A stretch of 64,000 bases of DNA from a virus. Positions 19,294 through 28,759 of this stretch are shown one piece after another. The stretch spans positions 1 through 64,000 of the IMG/VR virus record IMGVR_UViG_3300037467_001050. One strand, 5' to 3'. The notes under the pieces are model-generated. The model was given only the letters and a program-made list of their open reading frames with translations. It was not told where the DNA came from and searched no databases. Position 1 is the first letter of the stretch; the number at the start of each line of letters is the position of its first letter. Made by a program: the position numbers and the translations under genes.

Positions 19294-19306
19294 CGGTGGT
19301 CTCCTT

Positions 19307-20332
19307 TCAGGCGATCTTGCGTCGGGGGGTGAAGGACTGGTCGTCGGGGTCCTCGTCGCCGAACAGGCGGGGGAGGGGCTTGGCCCGCAGGGCGCGTTTG
19401 CGGGCGCGCTCGGCATCGACGAGGGGCTGGATCACCTCGAGGGTGACGCCTTCGGCCTCGAAGACCGCGGCGCATTCGTCGGGGTAGAGGTTGAACAGGT
19501 CGGACAGGGTCTTCGGCTCGAAGAATGACCCGAAGCTGCTGCCACCGCCGAGCAGGCTGCCGCCGCCGAACGAGGAGCGGCGGGTGCCGTAGCCCTGGTC
19601 GTACTCGGGCTTGCGCTCGATCACGAACCGCGAGGCGTCGATCTTCAGCATCGCGTCGCGCAGTTTGACGATGTGGCCGACGTCGAGCCGCTCGTCCGGC
19701 GAGTGCTCGCGTCGGTAGCCGACCGACACGTTGGTGCATTCGGGGACGAGCCCGCGATAGACCTTGGTGTCGGTGACGGTGCCGGTGTCGTCGAGCTTGA
19801 ACCCCGGCAGCTGCTCGGCCAGCGACAGGCCGAAGGCGTCCGAGCAGGTCCGCATACCCTGGTGGGTGATGACGGACGTGGTGCCGCGCCGGTCGAAGGC
19901 GATCGCCGCCTTGATGCCGTCGAGTACCTCGGGCGTCTCGGTGCGGATCTTATTCGCCCCGATCTGCCCGTGCTCCTCGCCGAAGTGGAAGATGTACAGG
20001 CCAGGGATCCTGGCCTTGATCATCTCCATCATGATCCAGTTGCCGGCGCCGCAATCCGCGCCCAGGCACCCGGACTTCGACTTGGCGGCGAGCCGGATCT
20101 GCCCGTCGACCAGCTCGATGTGCTGGTGGCCCTCGCTGCGGTGGACGGTGTCCGTGTGCGACGACCACAGGACGGTCGGCTTCTCGCCGATCGTCAGGTG
20201 GAGGTTGCCGAACTTGTCATCCTTGACGCCGAGCGGGCGAAGGTAGCGGTTGATGTATTCGCCCTCGGTCGGCCCGCCGTAGGGTCGCTTGAACGAGAGC
20301 ATGTCGTAGAGGGTCTGAATGTCTTTGTTCAT
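19307..20332 (-). CDS. M20/M28-family Zn peptidase-like protein
   Basis: SSHTDTVH, LGADCGAG, GEEHG, AFDRRG, GYRREH metal ligands. Confidence 0.8.
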   Translation of the reverse strand: MNKDIQTLYDMLSFKRPYGGPTEGEYINRYLRPLGVKDDKFGNLHLTIGEKPTVLWSSHTDTVHRSEGHQHIELVDGQIRLAAKSKSGCLGADCGAGNWIMMEMIKARIPGLYIFHFGEEHGQIGANKIRTETPEVLDGIKAAIAFDRRGTTSVITHQGMRTCSDAFGLSLAEQLPGFKLDDTGTVTDTKVYRGLVPECTNVSVGYRREHSPDERLDVGHIVKLRDAMLKIDASRFVIERKPEYDQGYGTRRSSFGGGSLLGGGSSFGSFFEPKTLSDLFNLYPDECAAVFEAEGVTLEVIQPLVDAERARKRALRAKPLPRLFGDEDPDDQSFTPRRKIA

Positions 20333-21396
20333 CACGCAGCCCTCAGCATGGGCGAGTAAAGTACAGCCTTCACGAGACCGCTCACGGCACTGGCCCTCAT
20401 CGGACCGTTGACGTTGTCGATCACGATAAATTCTCCGTCGTCGCGCACTGCTTGTGCCGAGTACGGAGAGCTGTGGTTGAGATCGATATGCGGCAGGACG
20501 AAGTGCGGCTCGCCGCGCAGGTCCTGGACGATGCGCAGCAGCCGAGCGCCATCGAAGTCGCGCTGGCCCGCGGGCTTGTAGCCGGCGGCATCCAGCAGTT
20601 TCTTGAGCCGGCCGCTGCCGTCCGAGTAGACGCCGGAGTGGACGAGCTTCTCCGGCCACACGACGCAGCGCTCGGCGACGTTGCCGGATTTGCCGGTGGT
20701 GTAGGCCACCGCCAGATCGCCGGCCCCGTAGACCCGAACCGGGTGGATCGTGGCGACGAACCCGGGGCGGCCCTGGCCCTTCTGGTAGGCCGTGGTCATG
20801 CACGACACCATCGAGCCCTTGGACTCGCTCTCGGTGCCGTTCTCGTAGACCCACTCGATCTCGTCGGGCGTGGTCGCGAAGTTGATATCGATGCCCTTGT
20901 CGATCAGGCCCGCGTAGCGCTTGCGGGCGTTCTCACCGAGGCGCCGACGCTCGGCGGCGATGTGTTCTTCGGTCGGCTCCTCGCCACCAAGGCGCTCGCG
21001 CAGGACGCCGAGGTCGAGCGGATCGCTGAGGTCCGGGTAGAACCGCATCAGGTAGGCGCCCGGACGGATCGTAGTGACCCGGTCGAGGATCCCTTGCGCA
21101 TCATCCGCCGTGAACGCGATCAGTGACGGGCTGCGCTTCGAGATGTGGGCGAAGTGGTCGGGGATCGGCGGTAGATCCCAGCCGGCGGGCAGGGGCGTGA
21201 GCTCGCCGCTCTCCAGGCGGCGCGCCTGCCGCTCTTTCCAGTTGGGGGCTTGGCGCATCCGGCGCGGCTGCACCTTCACGCCGAGCCTCTCGGTCAGCGC
21301 CTTGGCCTCGCGGGCGGCGTCTGGACCGGCTTCGTAGGGGCCGAACTCCGGGAGCGGCTTCTCGCCGTCGGGGTCAAGCCGGACGAGATAAAACAT
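20332..21396 (-). CDS. Hypothetical protein
   Basis: Long ORF, AGGAG RBS, motif copy upstream. Confidence 0.65.
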   Translation of the reverse strand: MFYLVRLDPDGEKPLPEFGPYEAGPDAAREAKALTERLGVKVQPRRMRQAPNWKERQARRLESGELTPLPAGWDLPPIPDHFAHISKRSPSLIAFTADDAQGILDRVTTIRPGAYLMRFYPDLSDPLDLGVLRERLGGEEPTEEHIAAERRRLGENARKRYAGLIDKGIDINFATTPDEIEWVYENGTESESKGSMVSCMTTAYQKGQGRPGFVATIHPVRVYGAGDLAVAYTTGKSGNVAERCVVWPEKLVHSGVYSDGSGRLKKLLDAAGYKPAGQRDFDGARLLRIVQDLRGEPHFVLPHIDLNHSSPYSAQAVRDDGEFIVIDNVNGPMRASAVSGLVKAVLYSPMLRAA

Positions 21397-21463
21397 CCGT
21401 TTGCACTCCTTTGTTGGCATTCCTGCAAATGAGGGCGCGCCGTGAAGCGCGCCCCCGGATGGC

Positions 21464-22213
21464 TCAGCGGATGCTGGCGTTGCGCGCCCAGTACGGGCCG
21501 GACCCGTCGCTGCACTGGACAAAGGCCTTGGCGTGCTGCTTGTCGGGCTGGTTGCGGAACTTCAGGATCGTGGCCTGCCGGTAGCCGTAGCCGCGCCGGT
21601 TGACCGTGATCTCCTGTCCGACCTTCAGGGTGCGGCCGTTGATGTGCATCTCCTGCGGGCCGCTGTCGTCCGCCTCCTCGATCTCCTCCTGCTCACCGTT
21701 CTGGTTGATCTGCGGGAGGCTGACCCGGTAGGTCGAGATGAACTCGAAGCCCTCGATCGGCGTGTCCTTGGCCTCCTGCTCGGTGGCGAAGACGCGGGTG
21801 TCGAAGATCAGGCTGTCGTCGATCACGCTGCGCAGGACGCGGCCGATCGCCACCGGCGGGATCGGCGGGATGTTCTCGATCCGGCGCTCCAGATCGGGAT
21901 CGTCGCCCATCAGGTTGTAGGCGACCGGGGTCTCGACGCCGTTGATCTTGACGAGGCAGACGACCGGGAAGTCGGGGTTGCCGGCACCGACGGTCAGCAC
22001 CCGCACCGGATGCCGGCCGACCACCGTGCGCAGCGGCTTGGTGAAGTCGGGGCCGACCGGGCCCTGCGGCTCCTCGATCACCTGCTCGGTGGTGTCGCCC
22101 GCCTCGCCGGCCTCCGTGACCTCGCCGGTCCCCTGCAGGTCGTCGGTCTCGTGCTCGTTCTCGACGCCCTCGGCGCTGAGACGGTCCTGGTAGCTCTGGG
22201 ACATCGGGTTCAT
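21464..22213 (-). CDS. Hypothetical protein with acidic N-terminus
   Basis: 249-aa ORF on the coding strand of the arm. Confidence 0.65.
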   Translation of the reverse strand: MNPMSQSYQDRLSAEGVENEHETDDLQGTGEVTEAGEAGDTTEQVIEEPQGPVGPDFTKPLRTVVGRHPVRVLTVGAGNPDFPVVCLVKINGVETPVAYNLMGDDPDLERRIENIPPIPPVAIGRVLRSVIDDSLIFDTRVFATEQEAKDTPIEGFEFISTYRVSLPQINQNGEQEEIEEADDSGPQEMHINGRTLKVGQEITVNRRGYGYRQATILKFRNQPDKQHAKAFVQCSDGSGPYWARNASIR

Positions 22214-22567
22214 GGTGTGCTCGCTGTCAGGCGCGCGGCATCGATCGCCTCACCCCAAAGAGGTGAGCCGGGCGCCATGGTTTGGGTTCGGGGTGAGTCG
22301 TTTGCTTGCGACGTTTGCAATTTGCCTTCCTGCAAACGGCCATGCAAGCGAAAAATCAAACGAGCGGTGTGGCCGGCACCATGAAGGCGCCGATCTTCTC
22401 GGCCTCGTCGAGCTGCGCGTCGGCAGCGGTCCTGAACGCGGTGACCCGATCGGCTTGCTCACCGAGGGCCAGCTCGACCCAGGTGGCGGCGTCCGTCAGG
22501 TCGTCGATGTTGCCGTCGCGGTCCTCGAAGTCCACGACGAGGATGACACGCTTCATGATGCGCTCCT

Positions 22568-23071
22568 TCACCAGTCGTAGACCGGCAGGGCCTCGATGGT
22601 GTCGGCCGCCTGATCGAGCATGATCCAAGTGCAGCCGTTCTCCTCGGCGAACCGGCGGATCTTCTGGAGGTCAGGCGTCCAGGCCCATCGCTCTTCCTCG
22701 TCGCCGTTCTCGAAGGGGATGATGGGGATGATCCAGCCGTGCTCGCCCTTTTTGTAGTGGAGCGGCGCCCTTCCGGACCTCTTGCCGTCGAGCCGCAGGC
22801 TGGTGCGGTACTCGATGTGCCCGGTGCTCAGCACAAGCATCCGCGGGGTTTCGAGGCTGGCCACCGGATCAGGCTGTCCGGTCACGAGGACCATGCCGCC
22901 CTGGCCCTGGCTGTTGCCGATCCGGAAGCCTGCGGCGACCTCGAACTCGTGACGCTCCAGACCGTCAGCCATCGCCGTGTAGGAGAGGCTACCCTCGAAG
23001 CTGTCGTCGGCCGCGACCGCTTCTCGCATGCGGTCGATCAGGGCCAGCAGCTCGTCCTTGCTCTTCTTCAT
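22568..23071 (-). CDS. Hypothetical protein
   Basis: AGAAGG-type RBS region; operon context. Confidence 0.55.
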   Translation of the reverse strand: MKKSKDELLALIDRMREAVAADDSFEGSLSYTAMADGLERHEFEVAAGFRIGNSQGQGGMVLVTGQPDPVASLETPRMLVLSTGHIEYRTSLRLDGKRSGRAPLHYKKGEHGWIIPIIPFENGDEEERWAWTPDLQKIRRFAEENGCTWIMLDQAADTIEALPVYDW

Positions 23072-23657
23072 GGCGCTCAATCCTTCTCAGGCAGCAGTTC
23101 GATGTAGACGCGGAAGTCGACGCCGGTCTCGGTGACGGGGATGCCGCGGATCCACTCTGCGGCCTTGGTGGCGGCTTCCTCACGAGAGGAGCACTCGAAC
23201 CCCTCGTCATTGCCGTTTGCGCTCATCGTCAGTGCGACACGCGGCTCACTCTGCATCAGTCGTCCTCCGTAGGCGGTGATGGATGTGGCGCTCGGCGCCA
23301 CCGGCTGATGCCAAGGCCCGTCGGACGTACTGGGTCGCCCTCGGGCAATGGGCTTGGGTCAGGAGGTTGCGCGCCTCGCGTAGCTTGCGAATGGCGGTGC
23401 GGACCTGATCCAGCTGCGCATGGGTGGCGGGGCGGATCTCGCGGCTCATAGCTGCGCCTCCAGGGCCTTGATCAGATCCGGGATGCGGGCGACCGGAACG
23501 ACCAGTCTGGCGGCATCCGACACCCTGCCGTCGCTGACCACGGCCTGCAGGAAGACTTCGTCGCCGACCTTCTGAGCGACGACGCCGCAAGCCTTCATCA
23601 GGCCGTTTCTGCCGCGATGGTTGAAGGAGGTCGGCGCCTCGTAGATGACCATCTTCA

Positions 23658-24209
23658 TCACGCAGCCTCCCTCAGGTCCGTGTTGTCGAACAGCTCGACG
23701 AGCCTCTCTTCTGGGAAGACGATGCCGGGATCGGCCTTGGGCAGGTTGTCGAACAGCACGTCCGACCAGTGCGGCTTGCCCAGGTAGAGGAAATTGTGGA
23801 CCGCCGCGGCGGCCTCGCGGGGCGTGATCAGCTCCCACGGGTAGTCGAGCGGCTCGCCGTCGGCGCGGACGATGGACGCACCGAACCGGGTGCGCAGCGG
23901 ACGGTAGAGCGTGGTGAGCGCCGGGCTGTGCCCGCTCTCGACGTAGAGGTCTGCCTTTACGGCATCGATGCGAATGACGCCGCTGCCCCAGGTCGGCTCA
24001 GGCCCCATCATCCCTGAGACGAACCCACCGATGCAGGCCCGGGCGCCGCTAAAGTCGCTCTCGCCGGACACGGCCATGTTGAGCTGGTTGCCGACCGGCT
24101 CCTCGGTCTCCTGATGGTGCCGGATCTCGCCGGACAGAAGCATGTCGTGAATGAACATGAGCGCTGTGCGCTCGGCTTCGGTGATCCTCAGTTGTGCTGC
24201 ACTACGCAT
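23658..24209 (-). CDS. Hypothetical protein
   Basis: GAGGA RBS and motif copy upstream. Confidence 0.6.
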   Translation of the reverse strand: MRSAAQLRITEAERTALMFIHDMLLSGEIRHHQETEEPVGNQLNMAVSGESDFSGARACIGGFVSGMMGPEPTWGSGVIRIDAVKADLYVESGHSPALTTLYRPLRTRFGASIVRADGEPLDYPWELITPREAAAAVHNFLYLGKPHWSDVLFDNLPKADPGIVFPEERLVELFDNTDLREAA

Positions 24210-24249
24210 GGTGGTCCTCGTTTGCTTTCCTGCAAGTGAATGGTCGAGC

Positions 24250-24483
24250 TCAATCGCAGCCGAAGCCGCACTTCCGACTGATGATGAAGGCGCGCTCCTG
24301 CCGCCGCAGCTGGCCGGCGCGGCGCTTGGCGAAGGGTTCGGGGTGGCGGCCGAGCGAGCGCTCGCCGATGATGGACAGAACCTGCTCGATGGTGAGCAGT
24401 TCGCCCCATTGGTACTTTCGCGAGGCTCGTGCGTGGTAGGTGATCAGTGGTTGCTTCTGTGGCTTCACATCCAGGGGTCTCAT
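24250..24483 (-). CDS. Hypothetical protein
   Basis: GGAG RBS; 77 aa. Confidence 0.5.
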   Translation of the reverse strand: MRPLDVKPQKQPLITYHARASRKYQWGELLTIEQVLSIIGERSLGRHPEPFAKRRAGQLRRQERAFIISRKCGFGCD

Positions 24484-24598
24484 AGGCGCACTCCGTTTGC
24501 ATTTTCGTCATGCCGCCTCGCGACGGCCATGCCAAGTGGAAATTGCAGGCCGCGTGATTACGTTTGCATTCTTGCAGCCCGGGGGAGAATGCAAACGG

Positions 24599-25072
24599 AT
24601 GGGTCAGAGGGTCGCCAGGAGAAAGTCGCTGTTCGGCCTTCCGTGGTTTGAGCTGCGCGCGGAGGAGCAGCTGTTCGGGGCGCAGAAGCTGGCCTGCGTC
24701 TATGCTGTGGGTCCGAAAGGTGCTGGTCGACCGTTGCAGGTCGGGGCGACGGCCGAGCCGGCACAGCGGCTCGCCGACATCCAGCTCGGACAGCCCGTCG
24801 AGATCGAGCTCGTGGATATCGTGTGGCTGGCTGGCACGCCGCTGGCGCGCCGGCTCGTGTCACAGGTTCATGAGATCCTCGGATCGAAGGTGCAGAGGCT
24901 GCACGGGGACTGGTTCGACGCGGGTCCGGCCGATGTGCTGCCAGCCATCCAGGCGGCGCTCGATCAGACCGGGCTCAAGGCCATGACGCACGACACCATG
25001 CTCGATCAGGTGCGGGCCGAGCATGAGCGGCGCACGCAGGCGGTGGTCCAGCGCGCCCTGCGCGCAGCTTGA
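24599..25072 (+). CDS. T5orf172/MUG113 (GIY-YIG-related) domain protein
   Basis: VYAVG...LQVGAT..P..RLADIQLG...GDWF pattern; GGGGAG RBS. Confidence 0.7.
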   Translation: MGQRVARRKSLFGLPWFELRAEEQLFGAQKLACVYAVGPKGAGRPLQVGATAEPAQRLADIQLGQPVEIELVDIVWLAGTPLARRLVSQVHEILGSKVQRLHGDWFDAGPADVLPAIQAALDQTGLKAMTHDTMLDQVRAEHERRTQAVVQRALRAA

Positions 25073-25209
25073 CGTCCCGCGAGGAAACTGGTACAGAACG
25101 TGAACAAGCGGAAGTCCGCTCACATGTAAGGACCGTCCGCTCTTCATAGCGAAGCTCTCGGGGTTGAGAGCCAGGGCCGCACTCAGAGGAGGGTGCGGCC
25201 CTTGTCATT

Positions 25210-25644
25210 TCAGGCGGCCTTTCCGTCGATCTTGGCCTGCAGATGCGCGATCACCTCGCGCTGCATCGCCAGCATCTCGAGCAGCATGCCCGTCTCGTTG
25301 CTCGCCTCGTCCCAGATGCGCAGCATCTCTGCCTGTCTGGCCGTGATGCCGCCATCCGATGCCGACGATGCCTCGAGCTCGGGTGCAGCGGGCTCCTCAG
25401 GATCTTCCTGGGTCTCGCCTGCATACTCCTCAGTGCCGGCCTGGAGCCGCCACTGCCGGGTATCGCGAAACCGCTCCAGGGCCTTGATCGCGGCTCCGCG
25501 GATCCGGTCTACGCCGGCCATCACCTCGACGGCCGTGAACTCGTAGGAGGGGCCGGACAGGTTCGACCAGATCCGGACAGCGTCCTCGATCGTCTCCAGG
25601 CGCTTCTCGGAGAGCCGGAGGAAGGCGGCGTACTTGTCCGACAT
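25210..25644 (-). CDS. Hypothetical protein
   Basis: KYAAFLRLSEKRL...NLSGPSYEFT helical motif. Confidence 0.6.
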   Translation of the reverse strand: MSDKYAAFLRLSEKRLETIEDAVRIWSNLSGPSYEFTAVEVMAGVDRIRGAAIKALERFRDTRQWRLQAGTEEYAGETQEDPEEPAAPELEASSASDGGITARQAEMLRIWDEASNETGMLLEMLAMQREVIAHLQAKIDGKAA

Positions 25645-25891
25645 CAGTCCCTCGGAGCGTTGACGCACTGGTTCATGCGCTGGGCCGTCTCGCACGGCGT
25701 CAGCATCTGGTGGCCGCAGTATTGGCAGCGGCCGGCTGGGTTGAGGTCATCGATCGCCTTGAGCTTGGCGGCCTGGACGCGGGCCTGTTCTTGCTCACGA
25801 GCCATGGCCTCGCGCGCCTCGACAGCCCGGTCGTAGGCGTCGAAGCGGTCGGCCTCGTCGCGGGCCATCTGGTGCATCTGGTAGTTCCGGC

Positions 25892-26155
25892 TCATGGATT
25901 GGCGCTCCCGATCTTCGCGAAGGTGTCGAGTTCGGTCGCGTCCATGACGGGCTCCAATCCCATCACGCGGGCCAACCGCACGAGTTCGTGCAGGCGGCCG
26001 GTCTTCGTCTTCCGGCGCATATTGCGCCGGTGGACCTCGACAGTGCGGGTGCTGAGATCGAGCTGCCGCGCTACCTCCTTGTTGCTGTAGCCAGCCGCAA
26101 GGTAGCGGAGGACCTCGGTCTCGCGGCGTGTTAGTGGGTGGCTGTCGCTGCTCAC
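25892..26155 (-). CDS. Stand-alone LuxR/FixJ-type HTH
   Basis: LTRRETEVLRYLAAGYSNKEVARQLDLSTRTVEVHRRNMRRK; GTGA overlap with upstream stop. Confidence 0.85.
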   Translation of the reverse strand: MSSDSHPLTRRETEVLRYLAAGYSNKEVARQLDLSTRTVEVHRRNMRRKTKTGRLHELVRLARVMGLEPVMDATELDTFAKIGSANP

Positions 26156-26469
26156 GACCGTCTCCTGATCTTTTCGTAGGGGAAGGGTGGTTGCTCGTCG
26201 GCGGTCTTCACCGGCACGCAGATGTCGATGGCCTCGAACCGCATGGACTCGCGGTTGAGTAGGCGGGCGCACGCCGTGCAGTAGTAGGCCAGCGTTGAAG
26301 TATTGAACCAGTTCTTACCAAGTATTGGAACTTGGCACGCAGTCCTGTTGCAGTTGCCGTCGAACTTGCCCTTCAGGGCCGCCCGGCGGTCCGCATCCGG
26401 GTCGCGGGCGACCACGGTCTCGTTGGGGTGGAGCAAGAGCCGATGCAGCCGTTCGCTGTAGGCGCCCAT
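26152..26469 (-). CDS. Small Cys-cluster phage protein
   Basis: GNCNRTAC...YYCTACA possible Zn finger. Confidence 0.6.
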   Translation of the reverse strand: MGAYSERLHRLLLHPNETVVARDPDADRRAALKGKFDGNCNRTACQVPILGKNWFNTSTLAYYCTACARLLNRESMRFEAIDICVPVKTADEQPPFPYEKIRRRS

Positions 26470-26893
26470 GTCAGAAATCCTCCTGGCCGTAGCGCTTTCT
26501 GATCTCGGCGATCAGGGCGCGGTCCTGCATGTGCTCGATGGTGCGCAGCTGCTGGAGCAGGACCACGATGTCGGTCAGAGCCTGCTCGACCGGAACCCGG
26601 GCAGCTGAGCGCTTGGCTTTCGCCAGCCACTTGGCGATCTGATCGGGACTTGGCGTGCTGAGCGCCATGTCAGACCTCCTCGTAGACAGAGATCGCGTCG
26701 TAGAGGTCAGCCCAGTCCTGGCCGGTCATGCGCCGGTTGGCCCATGCGTAGCCCTGGAGCTTGGCGAACTCGATGATGCCGCTCAGTCGGCGTCGAGCGC
26801 GCCGCAGGTCTGACAGAAGAGCCAGGATGGTGAGGGTCGCCGGCAGGGCGGCGACCAGGAAGCCGCACAGATACGGCCTGAGCTCGATCAGGG

Positions 26894-27487
26894 TCATTTC
26901 GGCTCTCCCTGCCAGTGCCGCATCATCCCCATCATCGCGAGCGGCATGGGGAACAGGTTCATCAGGAAGTGCCAGGTCACCCGGACGCCGACTGCGGCCT
27001 CGGTGCTCATCAGGCTCGTGCCACCGAACAGCGTGCTCAGACCCACCGGCTTCCCGAGCGTGAAGCAGGTCGCTGTGAGCATGAGGTGCTCGTAGAGGTG
27101 GAAGGTCTCGATCAGGACCGCCCACTTCACCCACCGGCCGCCGATCACCAGCCAGAGAGCGATCAGGCCGGACAGGAAGATCGAGTTTCCGGCGAGGTGC
27201 AGCAGCTCCATGCTGCGGGCCATCGCCACCTTGTAGGCCGCATCCGGCCACGCCCAGAGACCGAAGGTCTCGACGGCAGACGTGACCCACGGGGACATCC
27301 ACGGGGTGTCGCGCCCGCAGATGCCGGAAGCCGAGCCGAGCAGCCACACCGTGAACTGGGCGGCATGCTCGTAGAAGTGCCCGACCTGAAAGATCATGCT
27401 GCCGGACGCGACCAGGGCGAAAGCCGACCGGGCGCTGAACAGCGGAGAGGCTGGCTGGCGGATGGCGGCGAGAGCGGAGGCCATCAT
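26894..27487 (-). CDS. Multi-pass membrane protein with HxxEH motifs
   Basis: About 4 hydrophobic segments; GHFYEH, ELLHL, TFHLYEH. Confidence 0.65.
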   Translation of the reverse strand: MMASALAAIRQPASPLFSARSAFALVASGSMIFQVGHFYEHAAQFTVWLLGSASGICGRDTPWMSPWVTSAVETFGLWAWPDAAYKVAMARSMELLHLAGNSIFLSGLIALWLVIGGRWVKWAVLIETFHLYEHLMLTATCFTLGKPVGLSTLFGGTSLMSTEAAVGVRVTWHFLMNLFPMPLAMMGMMRHWQGEPK

Positions 27488-27488
27488 G

Positions 27489-27707
27489 TCAGGCGGCCTT
27501 CGCGAGCGAGTGCGGGATCTCGACAGCGCTGACCGAGATGTCGGTCACCACCGTTTCGAGGGACACGAAGTCCTGCCGACGCAGGCGCAGCTCGACCGCG
27601 GCCCGGACCTGGGCGAGCGCCATACGCATCTCGGCGTCGGACGGACATTCGCCGCCGTCGCCGGACAGCGTCATCTCGATGGTCATCCCGATCTTGCGCA
27701 TTTGCAT
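27489..27707 (-). CDS. Hypothetical protein
   Basis: GAGGAGG RBS before MQMRKIG. Confidence 0.55.
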   Translation of the reverse strand: MQMRKIGMTIEMTLSGDGGECPSDAEMRMALAQVRAAVELRLRRQDFVSLETVVTDISVSAVEIPHSLAKAA

Positions 27708-27793
27708 CCTCCTCTGGATCGCGCAACGGCGACTTGCATTCCTGCAAGCCCTCGGCGACACCCACCCCCGAAGGGATGGGTGGAACGAAGGGC

Positions 27794-28759
27794 TCAGGCT
27801 GCGTCGAGCATCTCGAACACGAGCTTGGACTGGCCGAGCACCTTGACCACGAGGATCTCGTCCTTCGGCGAGGCGAACTTGGCGAGCTCTGTCGCGTTCG
27901 ACTTGGCCCAACTCGCGTAGTCCTCGGTCGAGTACAGCTCGTAGTCGATGTTGCCGCTGTTGCGGCGCAGGACCATGAAGCCGTTCGGCTTGAACGGATC
28001 GGACGGCGGCGGAGCGACCGGCGCGGTAGCCTGCACCGGCAACCTCGAATGGAAGCCCTCGACCCAGTCCTTGGCCTCCTTCAGTCCCATGCCGGACAGG
28101 GCGCGCGTCTCCTTGATCGCCTCGATCTTCTTGGTCGGGATCAGGGACAGGATCAGGTTGAGCTTCTCCGCGATGTCGTTCTGCGAGAACAGCTTGATCG
28201 CGGGAGCAGGCGTCTCGACGCCGCCCGGGCCAAACGGCGTGCCGCGGCCGTGGTCGACGTTGCGCTGATCACGCGCCCGGAGGAGCTCCAGCGCACCCTC
28301 ACGGTTGCCGGAATTCACGAGGTGGATCATCCGGTCCAGCTCACCCTCCGCGCTCAGATTGACCGGATGGATGTCGGTCGCCGCTGGGTCGCTGACGTAG
28401 GAGGAGGTGGAAACGCTCTTCGATCCGCACATGGTGTGTGTCCCTTCCTTGGTTTTGCTGGTGATTTCGTCGAGGCGCTGCTTGGCGCTCTTGGCCTCGT
28501 CTTCCGTGACGTTGCCGGCCCATTTGCCGTCGAGGTCGAAGCGCAGAGCTCCTGCCTTGAGGCCGCGCAGGTACGTCGGACCGCCGGTGTAGTCGCGCAG
28601 CGCAGCGCGAACCTGATGGGTGAACAGGTCCGGCAGGCGCTCCAGGATGTCCCGATGAATGCCAACCTTCAGGGGCGGCTTTGCCCAGCCCTTGGGCTGG
28701 AACACATGCGGGAACTCCCGCACGAGCCGCTCGCGGATGCGGGTGGTTTCGTCAGACAC
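27794..28759 (-). CDS. ProQ/FinO domain fused to ribosomal bL12 (L7/L12) CTD-like domain
   Basis: FPHVF...PLKVGIHRDI...ALRDYT....YL.....GALRFDLDG (ProQ); KKIEAIKETRALSGMGLKEAKDWVE (bL12 CTD). Confidence 0.8.
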   Translation of the reverse strand: MSDETTRIRERLVREFPHVFQPKGWAKPPLKVGIHRDILERLPDLFTHQVRAALRDYTGGPTYLRGLKAGALRFDLDGKWAGNVTEDEAKSAKQRLDEITSKTKEGTHTMCGSKSVSTSSYVSDPAATDIHPVNLSAEGELDRMIHLVNSGNREGALELLRARDQRNVDHGRGTPFGPGGVETPAPAIKLFSQNDIAEKLNLILSLIPTKKIEAIKETRALSGMGLKEAKDWVEGFHSRLPVQATAPVAPPPSDPFKPNGFMVLRRNSGNIDYELYSTEDYASWAKSNATELAKFASPKDEILVVKVLGQSKLVFEMLDAA

